Assembly: GCA_016293205.1 (NCBI GenBank)
Contig: JAEDES010000002.1
Location: 4,351-68,350, forward strand
DNA from: Bacilli bacterium
GTDB taxonomy: Bacteria > Bacillota_I > Bacilli_A > RF39 > UBA660
Direction: 5' to 3'
DNA: 64,000 nucleotides
Each line of letters starts with the position of its first letter. Within the stretch, counting starts at the first letter, position 1. Under the pieces are notes generated by a model, which was not told the origin of the DNA, did no database searches, and was given only the letters and a program-made list of their open reading frames with translations. The position numbers were made by a program, and so were the translations under genes. Below, in pieces: positions 1 to 10,317 of the stretch.

Positions 1-462
1 TCCATTATATTTAAGTTCAAATATATTAGAATCAATAAAACTTAATTTGTTTTTCATACTAATAAAATTCTCATTACTAATCATTATATCCAAACAACTC
101 ATATCATTTATACATTTTTCCTCAATAAACTCATCTAGCAAACTATTATTAAGAATATAATGTTTATTACTATTAACATTACGACAATAAGTTAATAAAT
201 GTCTTTCTATACATATACTTACATATGTATAAAATAAAACATCACTATTTTCGTTAAATGTTTTTATTGCATTATCTAAAGCAATCCTTGTTTCTTGAAC
301 TAAATCTTCATATGTAATTCTATGACTAACTAGAGAATAATACTTATTAACATACTTATATAATAAAGGACGATACTTTTCATACATTAATTTTTCCGAA
401 TCCTCATCATTTTCTCTAATCATATAAATTACTTCATAATCATTTACATTTTTATATTTCAT
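1..462 (-). CDS. sigH: RNA polymerase sigma factor, SigH-like (C-terminus cut by window edge)
   Basis: Not in ORF track (open to window edge). Manual reverse translation from ATG at 462 gives MKYKNVNDYEVIYMIRENDEDSEKLMYEKYRPLLYKYVNKYYSLVSHRITYEDLVQETRIALDNAIKTFNENSDVLFYTYVSICIERHLL... This has a sigma-70 region-2-like pattern. It lies downstream of cysS-mrnC-rlmB, as sigH does in Bacillus. Confidence 0.55.
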   Translation of the reverse strand, partial: MKYKNVNDYEVIYMIRENDEDSEKLMYEKYRPLLYKYVNKYYSLVSHRITYEDLVQETRIALDNAIKTFNENSDVLFYTYVSICIERHLLTYCRNVNSNKHYILNNSLLDEFIEEKCINDMSCLDIMISNENFISMKNKLSFIDSNIFELKYNG

Positions 463-467
463 TGTTC

Positions 468-1175
468 CTACTTTCTATCCCGAACAACTTCATAAATCAT
501 AATACCAGCAGCAACTGATGCATTTAAACTATTAGTAGTTCCATACATTGGTATCTTAGCAATAAAATCACAATTTTTTTTAACTAATTGACTCATACCA
601 GAGCCTTCATTACCAATAACAAGTGCAATCTTTCCAGAATAATCAATTTCACGATAATCAACGCTATCTTCTAAAGCTGTACCAACTACCCAGAACCCAT
701 TTTGCTTTAAAGCATCTATTGCATTAACTAAATTACTTACTGATACTATATCCATATTATCTAAAGTACCAACACTAGTCTTCATAACAGTAGAATTAAT
801 TTGTACTTGTCTATCCTTAGGCATAATAATTGCATCTACTCCAGCAGCTTCACAAGTTCTAATAATCGCTCCTAAATTATGTGGATCTTCTAAATGATCA
901 AGTAAAACTACAAAACTAGGATCATTATTCAATACATATTTTAATTCTTTGTATTGATAGTCCGGAATATCTAGAATTATACCTTGATGAACTCCATCTG
1001 CCAAACGCTCAATATCTCTTTTTGACTTATATTCTACTCTGAAATTTCCTTTTTCAATAAGTGAATTTATTTCTTTATCATCAAAACCTTCTTGTAAAAT
1101 AATTTTTATAACTTTTTTATCTTTTTTTAATATTTCTTTCGCAACATTACGTCCGTATACTAACATATTACTCAC
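468..1175 (-). CDS. rlmB: 23S rRNA (guanosine-2'-O)-methyltransferase RlmB (SpoU/TrmH family)
   Basis: 235 aa. SpoU-type motifs are present (LDHLEDPHNLGAIIRT, VIGNEGSGMS, NSLNASVAAGI). Synteny after cysS-mrnC. Confidence 0.85.
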   Translation of the reverse strand: MSNMLVYGRNVAKEILKKDKKVIKIILQEGFDDKEINSLIEKGNFRVEYKSKRDIERLADGVHQGIILDIPDYQYKELKYVLNNDPSFVVLLDHLEDPHNLGAIIRTCEAAGVDAIIMPKDRQVQINSTVMKTSVGTLDNMDIVSVSNLVNAIDALKQNGFWVVGTALEDSVDYREIDYSGKIALVIGNEGSGMSQLVKKNCDFIAKIPMYGTTNSLNASVAAGIMIYEVVRDRK

Positions 1176-1554
1176 CTAAGATAAAATTCATAATCTCATC
1201 AATTCTATCTTTTTTCCCTTCTAAATCTAAATATCCAATTAAACTTTCTAATCCTGTAGCATATTTATATGTAACAATATCACAGTTTTTAGGATGCGAA
1301 GTAGTCTTATAATTTCTCGCTCTTTTTACAACAGTAATTTCTTCATCACTTAAAAACTTATTATCTAACATATCTTGTAAAAACTTAGCTTGACTCTTTG
1401 CACTTACATAGTTAATAGACTCTTTTTGTAAATCATTTACATTTCCAATACCCTTACCTATTAAATATTTTCTAACATAATTTTCATATATAGTATCTCC
1501 TAAATACGCAAGTACTAATACATTTATTTCAATTGTTTGCATACATTTCACCAT
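1168..1554 (-). CDS. mrnC: Mini-ribonuclease 3
   Basis: 128 aa with the LAYLGDTIYE RNase III-like signature. Sits between cysS and rlmB as in Bacillus (yazC). Confidence 0.85.
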   Translation of the reverse strand: MVKCMQTIEINVLVLAYLGDTIYENYVRKYLIGKGIGNVNDLQKESINYVSAKSQAKFLQDMLDNKFLSDEEITVVKRARNYKTTSHPKNCDIVTYKYATGLESLIGYLDLEGKKDRIDEIMNFILGE

Positions 1555-1641
1555 CTTAATTATATCATTTATACCTATATTAATTCCCTTTCAAAGGAAA
1601 AATCACACATATATTAACACAAGAAATGTAAAATAACAAAT

Positions 1642-1668
1642 AAAAAGAACTAGACAAAGTCTAATTCT
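1642..1668 (-). terminator. Rho-independent terminator after cysS
   Basis: Minus-strand hairpin AGAATTAGAC-TTT-GTCTAGTTCT followed by a U-run. Confidence 0.5.
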
Positions 1669-3059
1669 TATAATAATTCGTAAGTTGTACCTTCTCTTGT
1701 ATCTATTAATTTAATGCCTCTAGCTAATAATTCATCACGAATAGCATCAGCTTTAGAAAAATCTTTATTCTTTTTAGCTTCTTTTCTTTCTTCAATCTTT
1801 GCTAATACTTCTTTTTGTAAATCTGCATCAACTTCTTTTTCTTCAGCAACTGTTAAATCTAAAGATAATACTTCATCAAATTTTTCAATAATAGCAAGCT
1901 TAGTTCCATCAGAAATATCATCTTTTAATACATCATATACTAATGTAACCATATTAGAAGTATTTAAATCATCTTTAATAGCTTCGCTAAATTTTTCAAT
2001 ATATTCATTATATTTATTATTATCAACTTCATCTTTACTTAATTTAGATACTCTATTTTTTAATTTATTATAAGCATTTTGTGCTCCATCTAAAATTTCA
2101 TAACTAAATGTTAATTGACTATGATAATAAGAGTTTAAACATAAATAACGATACGCTAAAGGATTATATCCTTTTTCTTCTAATAATGATACTGTTAAGA
2201 ATTCACCCTTAGATTTACTCATTTTACCAGTTTCATCATTTAAAAACCCTAAATGTAACCAATAATTACACCATTTATGTCCAAGATATGCTTCACTTTG
2301 AGCAATCTCATTTGTATGATGTGGAAAAATTGCATCCTCGGCACCACAGTGAATATCTAATTTTTCTCCTAGGTTTTTAATAGATATACCAGAACATTCA
2401 ATATGCCATCCCGGATATCCTCTACCCCAAGGAGAGTCCCATTGTAATTCTTGATTATCAAATTTAGAATTAGTAAACCATAATCCAAAATCAAATGGAT
2501 TACGTTTAGCAGTATCTTCTTCTATATCTTCTCTAACCGCAACCATTAAATCATCACTGTTGCGACCAGATAATTCATAATAATTTTTAAATTTAGTAGT
2601 ATCAAAATAAACATTTCCATCAGCAATATATGCATATCCATTTTCTAATAACTTTGTAATCATAGTTATATACATTTCAATATTATCTGTGGCATTTGAC
2701 ACAACATCAGGTTTACGAATATTCAACTTACAACAATCTTCAAAGAAACAATCTGTATAGTATTTTGCAATTTCAAAAGAAGACTTCTTCTCTCTTCTTG
2801 CAGCAACAGCCATCTTATCTTCTCCAGAATCCCCATCTCCTACATTATGACCAACATCAGTAATATTCATTACTCTTTCAACATCATATCCAATAAACTT
2901 AAGTCCTTTTTCTAAAACATCTTCAGAAATATAAGTTCTTAAATTTCCAATATGTGCGAAATGATAAACTGTCGGACCACATGTATACATTTTTACTTTT
3001 CCTTCTTCATTAGGAATAAATTTTTCGACTTTCTTTGTCAATGTATTATATAGTTTCAC
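1668..3059 (-). CDS. cysS: Cysteine--tRNA ligase
   Basis: 463 aa class I aaRS with HIGN (FAHIGNLRTY) and KMSKS motifs; typical CysRS N-terminus MKLYNTLT. Confidence 0.95.
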   Translation of the reverse strand: MKLYNTLTKKVEKFIPNEEGKVKMYTCGPTVYHFAHIGNLRTYISEDVLEKGLKFIGYDVERVMNITDVGHNVGDGDSGEDKMAVAARREKKSSFEIAKYYTDCFFEDCCKLNIRKPDVVSNATDNIEMYITMITKLLENGYAYIADGNVYFDTTKFKNYYELSGRNSDDLMVAVREDIEEDTAKRNPFDFGLWFTNSKFDNQELQWDSPWGRGYPGWHIECSGISIKNLGEKLDIHCGAEDAIFPHHTNEIAQSEAYLGHKWCNYWLHLGFLNDETGKMSKSKGEFLTVSLLEEKGYNPLAYRYLCLNSYYHSQLTFSYEILDGAQNAYNKLKNRVSKLSKDEVDNNKYNEYIEKFSEAIKDDLNTSNMVTLVYDVLKDDISDGTKLAIIEKFDEVLSLDLTVAEEKEVDADLQKEVLAKIEERKEAKKNKDFSKADAIRDELLARGIKLIDTREGTTYELL

Positions 3060-3108
3060 CTTTCATCACCTGACATCATTATAACACAACAATTTTAAAT
3101 AAAGAACA

Positions 3109-5250
3109 CTAAACTTCCACAGATTCCTTATAAATAGATACTAAATAATCAATTTTTCTCGCTCCAACCCTCTTATAATTAGATTCTTCTACTATTTTAT
3201 CCACAAGTTTTGGGGATAAAACACCTCTAGAATTTATTATTTTAATAATATCTTCTCTGTTCAAATCTCTAAATCTAAGTATTCCACTAAATTTAGAAAA
3301 CATCTCTTCACCAATAACATCCTTTATTAATAAAGAATCCACATTACCTGTTGAAAAACCTATATTACTTTGTTCACATCCATAATTGGTTTCAAAAAAA
3401 AGAACAGTATTACGAAAATCAACTTTCTCATTAGAAGAATCAATTAAATAACCATCCTCTAAAATACTAGAAAATAACTGAAGAACTTTTCTAGAAGCAT
3501 ATTCCATATTATTTATAAATAAAATAGAATAACTGTTTCGACGAACCTTATCACATAAAGACACAAGATCTTTATATCCTACATATCCAGCATTAACTCC
3601 TAATATTTTAGAAATAGATGAATCATCACTATATTCACTCATATCTAATTTAATAATAGATTTTTCATTATAAAATAACTTAGAGTACTCTTTTTCTAAA
3701 AATGTCTTTCCAACACCACTTTTTCCAACAAGAAGAAGTGATATTGGTACATTATTATTACTTTTATTAACTTTATCCACAATATCACACATCTTATTAA
3801 TAACTCCCTCTTGTCCAATGACTACTCTATTTAATCTACCAATAATATCATTCTTATTAAAAGAAAGTAATCTTTTAACAGGAATACCTGTCTTACCATA
3901 TACTACTTCATATAAAGAATCTAATAATACATCTTTTGCATGCTCATCAAAATTAAGTTGATTATACTTTTTTTCTAAAGTTAACTCCTTCTTTCTGTAA
4001 ATTGATGCCTCTTTAAAATTATTCTCTACAATCAATTCATTCTTTTTTAATCTAATCTTATTTAACTCCTCATTATACATTCTAATCTTTTTATCATTAT
4101 CATCTTCTATAATAGAACTTTTAGCACATACTTCGTCAAATATATCTATCGCTTTATCAGGAAATTTACCATAATGAACATATTTATCACACAAATAAAT
4201 AATATTATCAATTATTTCATCGCTTATAGAAACATTATGATACTTACTATATAAATCTCTTATATTAAATAAAACATCTTTAGTCTGTTCAATACTCATT
4301 TCATCTATATTAATCTTTTGAAATCTACGATCAAGCGCTTTATCACTTTCAATAAACTTCTTATATTCTTCTTTTGTAGTTGCTCCAATTACTTGAATAT
4401 CCCCTCTAGCAAGATAAGGCTTTAATATATTAGATGCATCTATCGCTCCTTCTGCACCTCCCGCACCTACTAAAGTATGAATTTCATCAATAAATACAAT
4501 TACATCTTTATCTGATACTAATTCTTCAATAACTTGATTAATTCTTTCTTCAAATTCACCTCTATATTTAGTTCCCGCTATTAAAGATGATAAAGATAAT
4601 GAAAACACCCTACAATTGCGTAATTTCTTTGGTACTTTACTTTCTTCGATTCTTCTAACAAACTCCTCTACAATAGCTGTTTTTCCCACTCCTGCATCAC
4701 CAATCAACACAGGATTATTTTTTGTCCTACGTAATAATATTTCAATTAACCTATCAACCTCATTATCTCTTCCAATAACAGGATCATATAACTTATATCT
4801 AGAATTCATATCAACAGCAAATTCTTCTAATAACATTTTCTTCTTAATTGATTTCTTATTAAAATTAAATTTCTTAATAAATTTCTCATATAAATAATCA
4901 ATGTCAATATTCATACCTAAAAGTATTCTATTTGCAACACCTTCACCTTCATCTAATAAAGATATAAATATATCATCAACTTCAATCAATCTATCTTCCC
5001 CTTTATTATTCATAATTACATTATTAAAAACTCTTTTTAATAAAGGAGTATATAAATACATATCATTACTCTTTTTACCAATTCCCACTATATTAATAAG
5101 TTCTTCTCTAAATCTTTCATATGTTAAATCTATCTTTAATAACTCCTTAGTTATCATTAAATCTTTATTGTGTAGTATTGCCAATAACAAATGTTCACTA
5201 CCAACATAAGGATGCTTTAATTCACTCATTTCCTTTTTCATTTGTTGCAA
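3109..5250 (-). CDS. clpC: ClpC-like AAA+ unfoldase (Clp_N domain, two AAA modules; true start probably upstream at a non-ATG codon)
   Basis: Contains a Clp_N repeat (GSEHLLLAIL). D1 has Walker A GDAGVGKT and Walker B VFIDEIH. There is a UVR-like linker. D2 has Walker A GKSGVGKT and an IGF loop (SNIGFS). The frame stays open upstream to an AAGGAG RBS. Confidence 0.8.
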   Translation of the reverse strand: MQQMKKEMSELKHPYVGSEHLLLAILHNKDLMITKELLKIDLTYERFREELINIVGIGKKSNDMYLYTPLLKRVFNNVIMNNKGEDRLIEVDDIFISLLDEGEGVANRILLGMNIDIDYLYEKFIKKFNFNKKSIKKKMLLEEFAVDMNSRYKLYDPVIGRDNEVDRLIEILLRRTKNNPVLIGDAGVGKTAIVEEFVRRIEESKVPKKLRNCRVFSLSLSSLIAGTKYRGEFEERINQVIEELVSDKDVIVFIDEIHTLVGAGGAEGAIDASNILKPYLARGDIQVIGATTKEEYKKFIESDKALDRRFQKINIDEMSIEQTKDVLFNIRDLYSKYHNVSISDEIIDNIIYLCDKYVHYGKFPDKAIDIFDEVCAKSSIIEDDNDKKIRMYNEELNKIRLKKNELIVENNFKEASIYRKKELTLEKKYNQLNFDEHAKDVLLDSLYEVVYGKTGIPVKRLLSFNKNDIIGRLNRVVIGQEGVINKMCDIVDKVNKSNNNVPISLLLVGKSGVGKTFLEKEYSKLFYNEKSIIKLDMSEYSDDSSISKILGVNAGYVGYKDLVSLCDKVRRNSYSILFINNMEYASRKVLQLFSSILEDGYLIDSSNEKVDFRNTVLFFETNYGCEQSNIGFSTGNVDSLLIKDVIGEEMFSKFSGILRFRDLNREDIIKIINSRGVLSPKLVDKIVEESNYKRVGARKIDYLVSIYKESVEV

Positions 5251-5360
5251 TATAATTTGTACTTCTTCTGAAAATTTAGAATAAATAATATCATCTCCTT
5301 AATTTAATTCTAAATTTAAAATTACTTATCATCAATTAAATAAAGTCCAAAAATTACGAC

Positions 5361-5387
5361 AAAAAAAAGAGACCTAAGTCTCTTTTT
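5361..5387 (-). terminator. Rho-independent terminator after the YfcC-family gene
   Basis: Hairpin AAAGAGAC-(4 nt)-GTCTCTTT followed by a U8 run on the minus strand. Confidence 0.7.
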
Positions 5388-5394
5388 AAATATC

Positions 5395-7041
5395 TTATAG
5401 TAATACTAAAATTGCTACTACAATTAAAACTATTACTAAGAATTCTACTACGAATTTCCAGATATTAGCTAACCATTTAGTATATGGAATATCTAAATAA
5501 GCTAATGTAGTCATTAAAATTACACTTGTAGGAGCAACAAACATAACGATACCATAACAAGCTTGGTATAATACACCAATTGTTGAATAGTAATCAGTAT
5601 TTGTAACAACACTTGCATAATATGGAAGTACACTTTGGAATGCATAAGAGATATCTCCATTAAATAATCCAGCTAATAGTGCAACTACTGTAGTTGTCGC
5701 AACATTAAATCCTTTTGAAAGACCTAATATAGCTTCGTATAAAGTAGTTTGGAATGGATGATATGTTACTAATACTAAAATAGTATAAATAACAAAGATA
5801 ATTCCTGCAGGAGCTAAAGCTTTTTTAGCACCTTGTCCAAAACCTTCTAAAGCATCACTTAATTTAACTTTATAAATTAAAACTAAGATTAATGTTAAGA
5901 ATGTTAATGGGAAGAATAAATCATAACATTGCCATCCACCAAATGCTTGGAAATTACCTAATAATTTTCCAAATAATGGGAATCCAAATAATTCAAATTC
6001 TGCCACTTTTTTACTAGCTACTTCAAACCAATCAAGTTTAAATACACTATTCCATGGGAAATATGCCATTAAGAATATTACAGTAGCTAAAACAAATACA
6101 ATAACCATTGGCCATACTCTTTGCTTTAATTCTACTGAAGCTGGGATGTATGCATTTGCATCATCACTTAAATTTGTTTTAACAACGATAACTCCATCAT
6201 CTTTAGCAGCTGCTTTATTGTCTTTACGACTTGCTTTTGATGTAGTTTTCTTTGCTGTTGTCTTAGTAGTTGTTTTCTTTGTTGCTGTTTTTGAAGTTGA
6301 CTTCTTAGTAGTTGTTGCTTTTTTAGTAGTTTTCTTAGCTTCAGGCTTATCTTCTACTTTAACTGCAACTATTTCTTCTTCCACTTTAGCATCCTTCTTC
6401 TTATCAGCTTTAATTTCAGTAATCTTAGTTGTATCATTTTTACTAATATATAGTAATGTATTAAATATTAATAATACTAATCCTACTAGTAAAATCATTG
6501 CTTTAACATAAATATCTGAAGCAATATCTAATCCTAATGCTGATAATAAAACATTTAGTTTACCAAAAGCATAAGTATATCCAGTAATACCTACTAATGA
6601 TGAACCAGCCACAGCTAATGCAGCAACCATTTTATCAAATCCCATCATTAAGATAAATGAAACTAAGAATGGAACGAATAAAAGCATTTCAATTTCAATT
6701 CCATATACAGAAACGATAATAGCAAATAATACCATAATTACTGATAATACTATTTTTTCTTTTCCATATACTTTCTTAACCATCGCATCTAAAAGATTAC
6801 GATATGCAGGAATTTTGTTTAATACTCCATATAATCCACCAACAAAGATTACATATAATGCATAATGTCCAAAATATGATAATGATGTTAATGAATAATT
6901 GAATACATCAAACAATCCTACTTGTACGCGTCCTTGATCTTGTAATGTTCCTTGGAATACAGCAGCTGGAATAATCCAAGATAATATTGCAAATACTAAT
7001 AAAGTTCCAAGAACGACTTTAAATGTATTATGTTTTTTCAT
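5395..7041 (-). CDS. YfcC-family (DcuC/C4-dicarboxylate-carrier-like) membrane transporter with an internal Lys/Thr-rich low-complexity loop
   Basis: 548 aa, polytopic. The N-terminus MKKHNTFKVVLGTLLVFAILSWIIPAA is typical of the YfcC family. The central segment KKTTKKATTTKKSTSKTATKKTTTKTTAKKTTSK is low complexity. Confidence 0.7.
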   Translation of the reverse strand: MKKHNTFKVVLGTLLVFAILSWIIPAAVFQGTLQDQGRVQVGLFDVFNYSLTSLSYFGHYALYVIFVGGLYGVLNKIPAYRNLLDAMVKKVYGKEKIVLSVIMVLFAIIVSVYGIEIEMLLFVPFLVSFILMMGFDKMVAALAVAGSSLVGITGYTYAFGKLNVLLSALGLDIASDIYVKAMILLVGLVLLIFNTLLYISKNDTTKITEIKADKKKDAKVEEEIVAVKVEDKPEAKKTTKKATTTKKSTSKTATKKTTTKTTAKKTTSKASRKDNKAAAKDDGVIVVKTNLSDDANAYIPASVELKQRVWPMVIVFVLATVIFLMAYFPWNSVFKLDWFEVASKKVAEFELFGFPLFGKLLGNFQAFGGWQCYDLFFPLTFLTLILVLIYKVKLSDALEGFGQGAKKALAPAGIIFVIYTILVLVTYHPFQTTLYEAILGLSKGFNVATTTVVALLAGLFNGDISYAFQSVLPYYASVVTNTDYYSTIGVLYQACYGIVMFVAPTSVILMTTLAYLDIPYTKWLANIWKFVVEFLVIVLIVVAILVLL

Positions 7042-7121
7042 AATTAACCTCCCATATTAATTATAACTATTAGACCTTTATTTTACAAGCATTTGGCCTA
7101 TTTTTCGATGAAATTTTGGTG

Positions 7122-7153
7122 AAAAAAAGAAAGATTTTAAATTAATCTTTCTT
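7122..7153 (-). terminator. Rho-independent terminator overlapping the lysS stop codon
   Basis: Perfect 10-bp stem AAGAAAGATT/AATCTTTCTT with a 7-nt loop, then a U-run on the minus strand. Confidence 0.65.
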
Positions 7154-8617
7154 CTCTTCATTTAAAGGTCTCATTAATGGGAATAAAATTACATCCTTAA
7201 TATTATCTGAGTTAGTTAATAATTGAACAACTCTATCAATTCCCATTCCCCATCCACTAATTGGAGGCATTCCAACTTCCATAGCAGATATATAATCATA
7301 ATCCATTGGCATAGCTTCTTCATCACCATTATCTTTTAAAGCTGCTTGAACTTCTAATCTTCTTTCTTGTTCTTGTGGATCAACTAATTCTGAATAAGCA
7401 TTAATTATTTCAGCTCCGTTAATTACTAATTGGAATCTATCAGTAATTTCAGGATTATCATCATTAGCACGAGCTAATGGACTTAAACTAATTGGATGTT
7501 CAGTTAAGAAAATTGGGTTTACTACATTTGGTCTAGCAACCTTTTTATATAATTGATCAACTAAGTTACCATATCCTAAATTTTCTAATGGAGTATCACA
7601 ATCAATTTCTAATTTTTCATCATAAATCTTTTGTAGTAATGTTTCTTTAGTATTGTATTCATTAATATCAATATTTCCATATTTTAAGATTAAATCCCTA
7701 AAGCTAACAGCTTCCCATTCTCCACTTAAATCTACTTCTTTATCTCCAACCTTAATAACTAAAGTTCCAAATAATTTTTCAATAATATATTGAAGCATTT
7801 CTCTTAAGAATTTCATATTGTCTTTATAGTTATAATAAGCACAATATCCTTCAATCATAGTAAAGTCTTGTAAATGAGTTGCATCAATTCCTTCATTTCT
7901 AAAACATCTAGCAATTTCAAATACTTTATTCATTCCACCAACAACAGCTCTTTTTAAATATGTTTCTGGTGCAATTCTTAAATATAAATCTATATCTAAT
8001 GCATTATGATGTGTAATAAATGGTCTAGCAGTAGCACCACTTGCTTTATTATTTAAAATAGGAGTTTCAATTTCAATATATCCTGCTTCATCTAAATAAT
8101 TTCTAATTTCACGAATAAATTTACTTCTTAATAAGAATTTCTTTTTAGCTTCATCATTCATAATTAAATCTAAATATCTTTCACGATAAATAGTTTCAAT
8201 ATCTTCAATACCATGGAATTTTTCTGGTAATGGTTTTAATGCTTTCCCCAAGAAAGTAATTTCATCAGCACGAATAGTTTTTTCTCCAGTATGAGTAGTG
8301 AAAACTTCACCAACTACTCCAATAAAATCACCTAAGTCATAATTAGACTTAAATTCTTGATAAGCTTCTTCTCCAATCATATCTAATTTAACAGAAACTT
8401 GAATCTTTCCATTAATATCACCAATAGTTAAGAAACTCATCTTACCCATTTTTCTCATTAAGATAATTCTACCAGCAACTCTAACACCAGTAACACCATC
8501 TTCTAAATTAGCCGCATCACAAATTTCGTGAGTGATTTCATATCTTTCAGGATACGGATTCTTAATATTTTGTAATTTCTCTCTTCTAACAATTTCTTGC
8601 TCTGTTAATTCTCTCAT
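7142..8617 (-). CDS. lysS: Lysine--tRNA ligase (class II)
   Basis: 491 aa with an OB-fold N-terminal domain and class II motifs (FRNEGID, GMGIDRVV). Confidence 0.95.
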   Translation of the reverse strand: MRELTEQEIVRREKLQNIKNPYPERYEITHEICDAANLEDGVTGVRVAGRIILMRKMGKMSFLTIGDINGKIQVSVKLDMIGEEAYQEFKSNYDLGDFIGVVGEVFTTHTGEKTIRADEITFLGKALKPLPEKFHGIEDIETIYRERYLDLIMNDEAKKKFLLRSKFIREIRNYLDEAGYIEIETPILNNKASGATARPFITHHNALDIDLYLRIAPETYLKRAVVGGMNKVFEIARCFRNEGIDATHLQDFTMIEGYCAYYNYKDNMKFLREMLQYIIEKLFGTLVIKVGDKEVDLSGEWEAVSFRDLILKYGNIDINEYNTKETLLQKIYDEKLEIDCDTPLENLGYGNLVDQLYKKVARPNVVNPIFLTEHPISLSPLARANDDNPEITDRFQLVINGAEIINAYSELVDPQEQERRLEVQAALKDNGDEEAMPMDYDYISAMEVGMPPISGWGMGIDRVVQLLTNSDNIKDVILFPLMRPLNEEKKD

Positions 8618-8637
8618 ATTACTTCTCCTTTTTCTTT

Positions 8638-9267
8638 TTATTTAACTTCAATAACACTAGTACGTGACACTATGTCATGTAATCCTCTCTTGTCTTTTCT
8701 AAACATCACCATACATGCACAAATAATCATAATAATTGATTGAATAATTTCAAATAATAAACTTCCATAAAAATATGCAGATGAACTTGCAAATATCATT
8801 AATGCAAATCCAACAACACTATAGAAAATACTATCAATAATAAATGTTCTAAGAATCATTTGATTAGCAGTAAGTTCCAAATCATTTGATTGTACACGAA
8901 TACCAAACATACTTTTACCAAGAGTTTGGCCCTTATTATATAACTGAAATACAATAAAATAAAGCATTTTTATAATAATAGTTACAAAAGTAAGTGTCCC
9001 AGTTAATTTAGCTAACTGATAATTAATACTTTCACTTTCACTTAAAAAAGTCATTTCATCAATTTCATTATTTACATACGCTTCAGTAACTTCAACCATA
9101 TTCTTATCTAATTTATCTACTGATTTTGCATCAATAAAAGGTACGACTATTAATGATGCAAGAAGTGATACAACAAATATATCGATTAAATATGCACATA
9201 AACGTTTTCGAAAAGATGCCTTCTTATCTTTTTGTTTGTCATCTTTGTCATCTTTATCTTGTTCCAT
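8638..9267 (-). CDS. RDD-family membrane protein
   Basis: 209 aa with the [12 protein letters not shown] ... [13 protein letters not shown] pattern typical of RDD domains, plus several TM segments. Confidence 0.7.
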   Translation of the reverse strand: MEQDKDDKDDKQKDKKASFRKRLCAYLIDIFVVSLLASLIVVPFIDAKSVDKLDKNMVEVTEAYVNNEIDEMTFLSESESINYQLAKLTGTLTFVTIIIKMLYFIVFQLYNKGQTLGKSMFGIRVQSNDLELTANQMILRTFIIDSIFYSVVGFALMIFASSSAYFYGSLLFEIIQSIIMIICACMVMFRKDKRGLHDIVSRTSVIEVK

Positions 9268-10234
9268 TTAGTCCCTCCTTAAATTCATTTAATATAACGA
9301 TTATATCATGAATATTTGAAGTTTGATATATTTTATTTTTAACAACATTAGCATCTTTAATACCTTTAAAATACCAACCTATATGATTACGTATTTCTAA
9401 GCAAGCCGTTTTTTCATTTTTAACTTCTTTTAAATTCTCTAAATGTTTTAAACACATATCAACTCTATCTAAAGGACTAACTTCTTCTATTTCTTTTCCT
9501 TCAAGTAAATTAATTGCATTTTTTATTAACCAAGGATTTCCTAAAATTCCTCTTCCGATCATAACTGCATCACAAGATGTTTCATCTAACATACGAACTA
9601 CATCTTCTGGAGTTTTAACATCACCATTTCCTATTACAGGAATACTAACAGCCTCTTTAACTGCCTTAATTACGCTCCAGTCAGCTTTTCCACTATAACC
9701 TTGACTTCTTGTTCTCGGATGAACACAAATAGCACTAGCACCCGCTTTTTCTATTGTTTTAGCAACTTCAACAGCATTGATACTGTTGTTATCCCAACCA
9801 CTTCTAATTTTTACTGTAACAGGAATAGGTACTGCTTCAACTACTGCTTTGACAATGTCATATATTTTTTCAGGATTCTTTAATAAAGCAGAACCTGCTT
9901 GAGCACGAACTGCAACTTTAGGAACAGGACATCCCATATTAATATCAATAATATCTGGTTTCATATTTTCATAAATATATTTAGCAGCAGCTACAAAACT
10001 TTCTTTATCACTACCAAATATTTGTTGAACAATAGGTCTTTCTTCTTCAGTCATATAAAGCATATCAATAGTCTTTTGATTATTATAAAAAATAGCTTTA
10101 TCACTAACCATTTCTGCATAAATTAATCCACAACCCATTTCTTTACAAATTCTTCTAAATGCAGAATTACAAATACCAGCCATAGGAGCTAAAACTATTT
10201 TATTAGCTATTTTAACATTTCCAATACTCCACAT
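9254..10234 (-). CDS. dusB: tRNA-dihydrouridine synthase
   Basis: 326 aa TIM-barrel Dus family ([25 protein letters not shown]). Confidence 0.9.
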   Translation of the reverse strand: MWSIGNVKIANKIVLAPMAGICNSAFRRICKEMGCGLIYAEMVSDKAIFYNNQKTIDMLYMTEEERPIVQQIFGSDKESFVAAAKYIYENMKPDIIDINMGCPVPKVAVRAQAGSALLKNPEKIYDIVKAVVEAVPIPVTVKIRSGWDNNSINAVEVAKTIEKAGASAICVHPRTRSQGYSGKADWSVIKAVKEAVSIPVIGNGDVKTPEDVVRMLDETSCDAVMIGRGILGNPWLIKNAINLLEGKEIEEVSPLDRVDMCLKHLENLKEVKNEKTACLEIRNHIGWYFKGIKDANVVKNKIYQTSNIHDIIVILNEFKEGLNGTR

Positions 10235-10287
10235 ATAATCCCCTCCAAAGTAAGCATATTATATAATAAATATACCAAAAGAACAAG

Positions 10288-10313
10288 AAAAAAAGAATGA
10301 CCAAGTCACTCTT
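10288..10313 (-). terminator. Rho-independent terminator after mscL
   Basis: Hairpin AAGAGTGAC-TTG-GTCATTCTT followed by a U-run on the minus strand. Confidence 0.65.
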
Positions 10314-10317
10314 AATA

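Noticed and set aside
1714-6511. Antisense ORFs 1714-2073, 4616-4897, 4901-5209 and 6146-6511 opposite cysS, clpC and the YfcC gene
   Set aside because: They have Ser/Leu/Phe/Ile-rich low-complexity translations, typical of the reverse frame of AT-rich genes. They lie fully inside well-supported genes and lack RBS.
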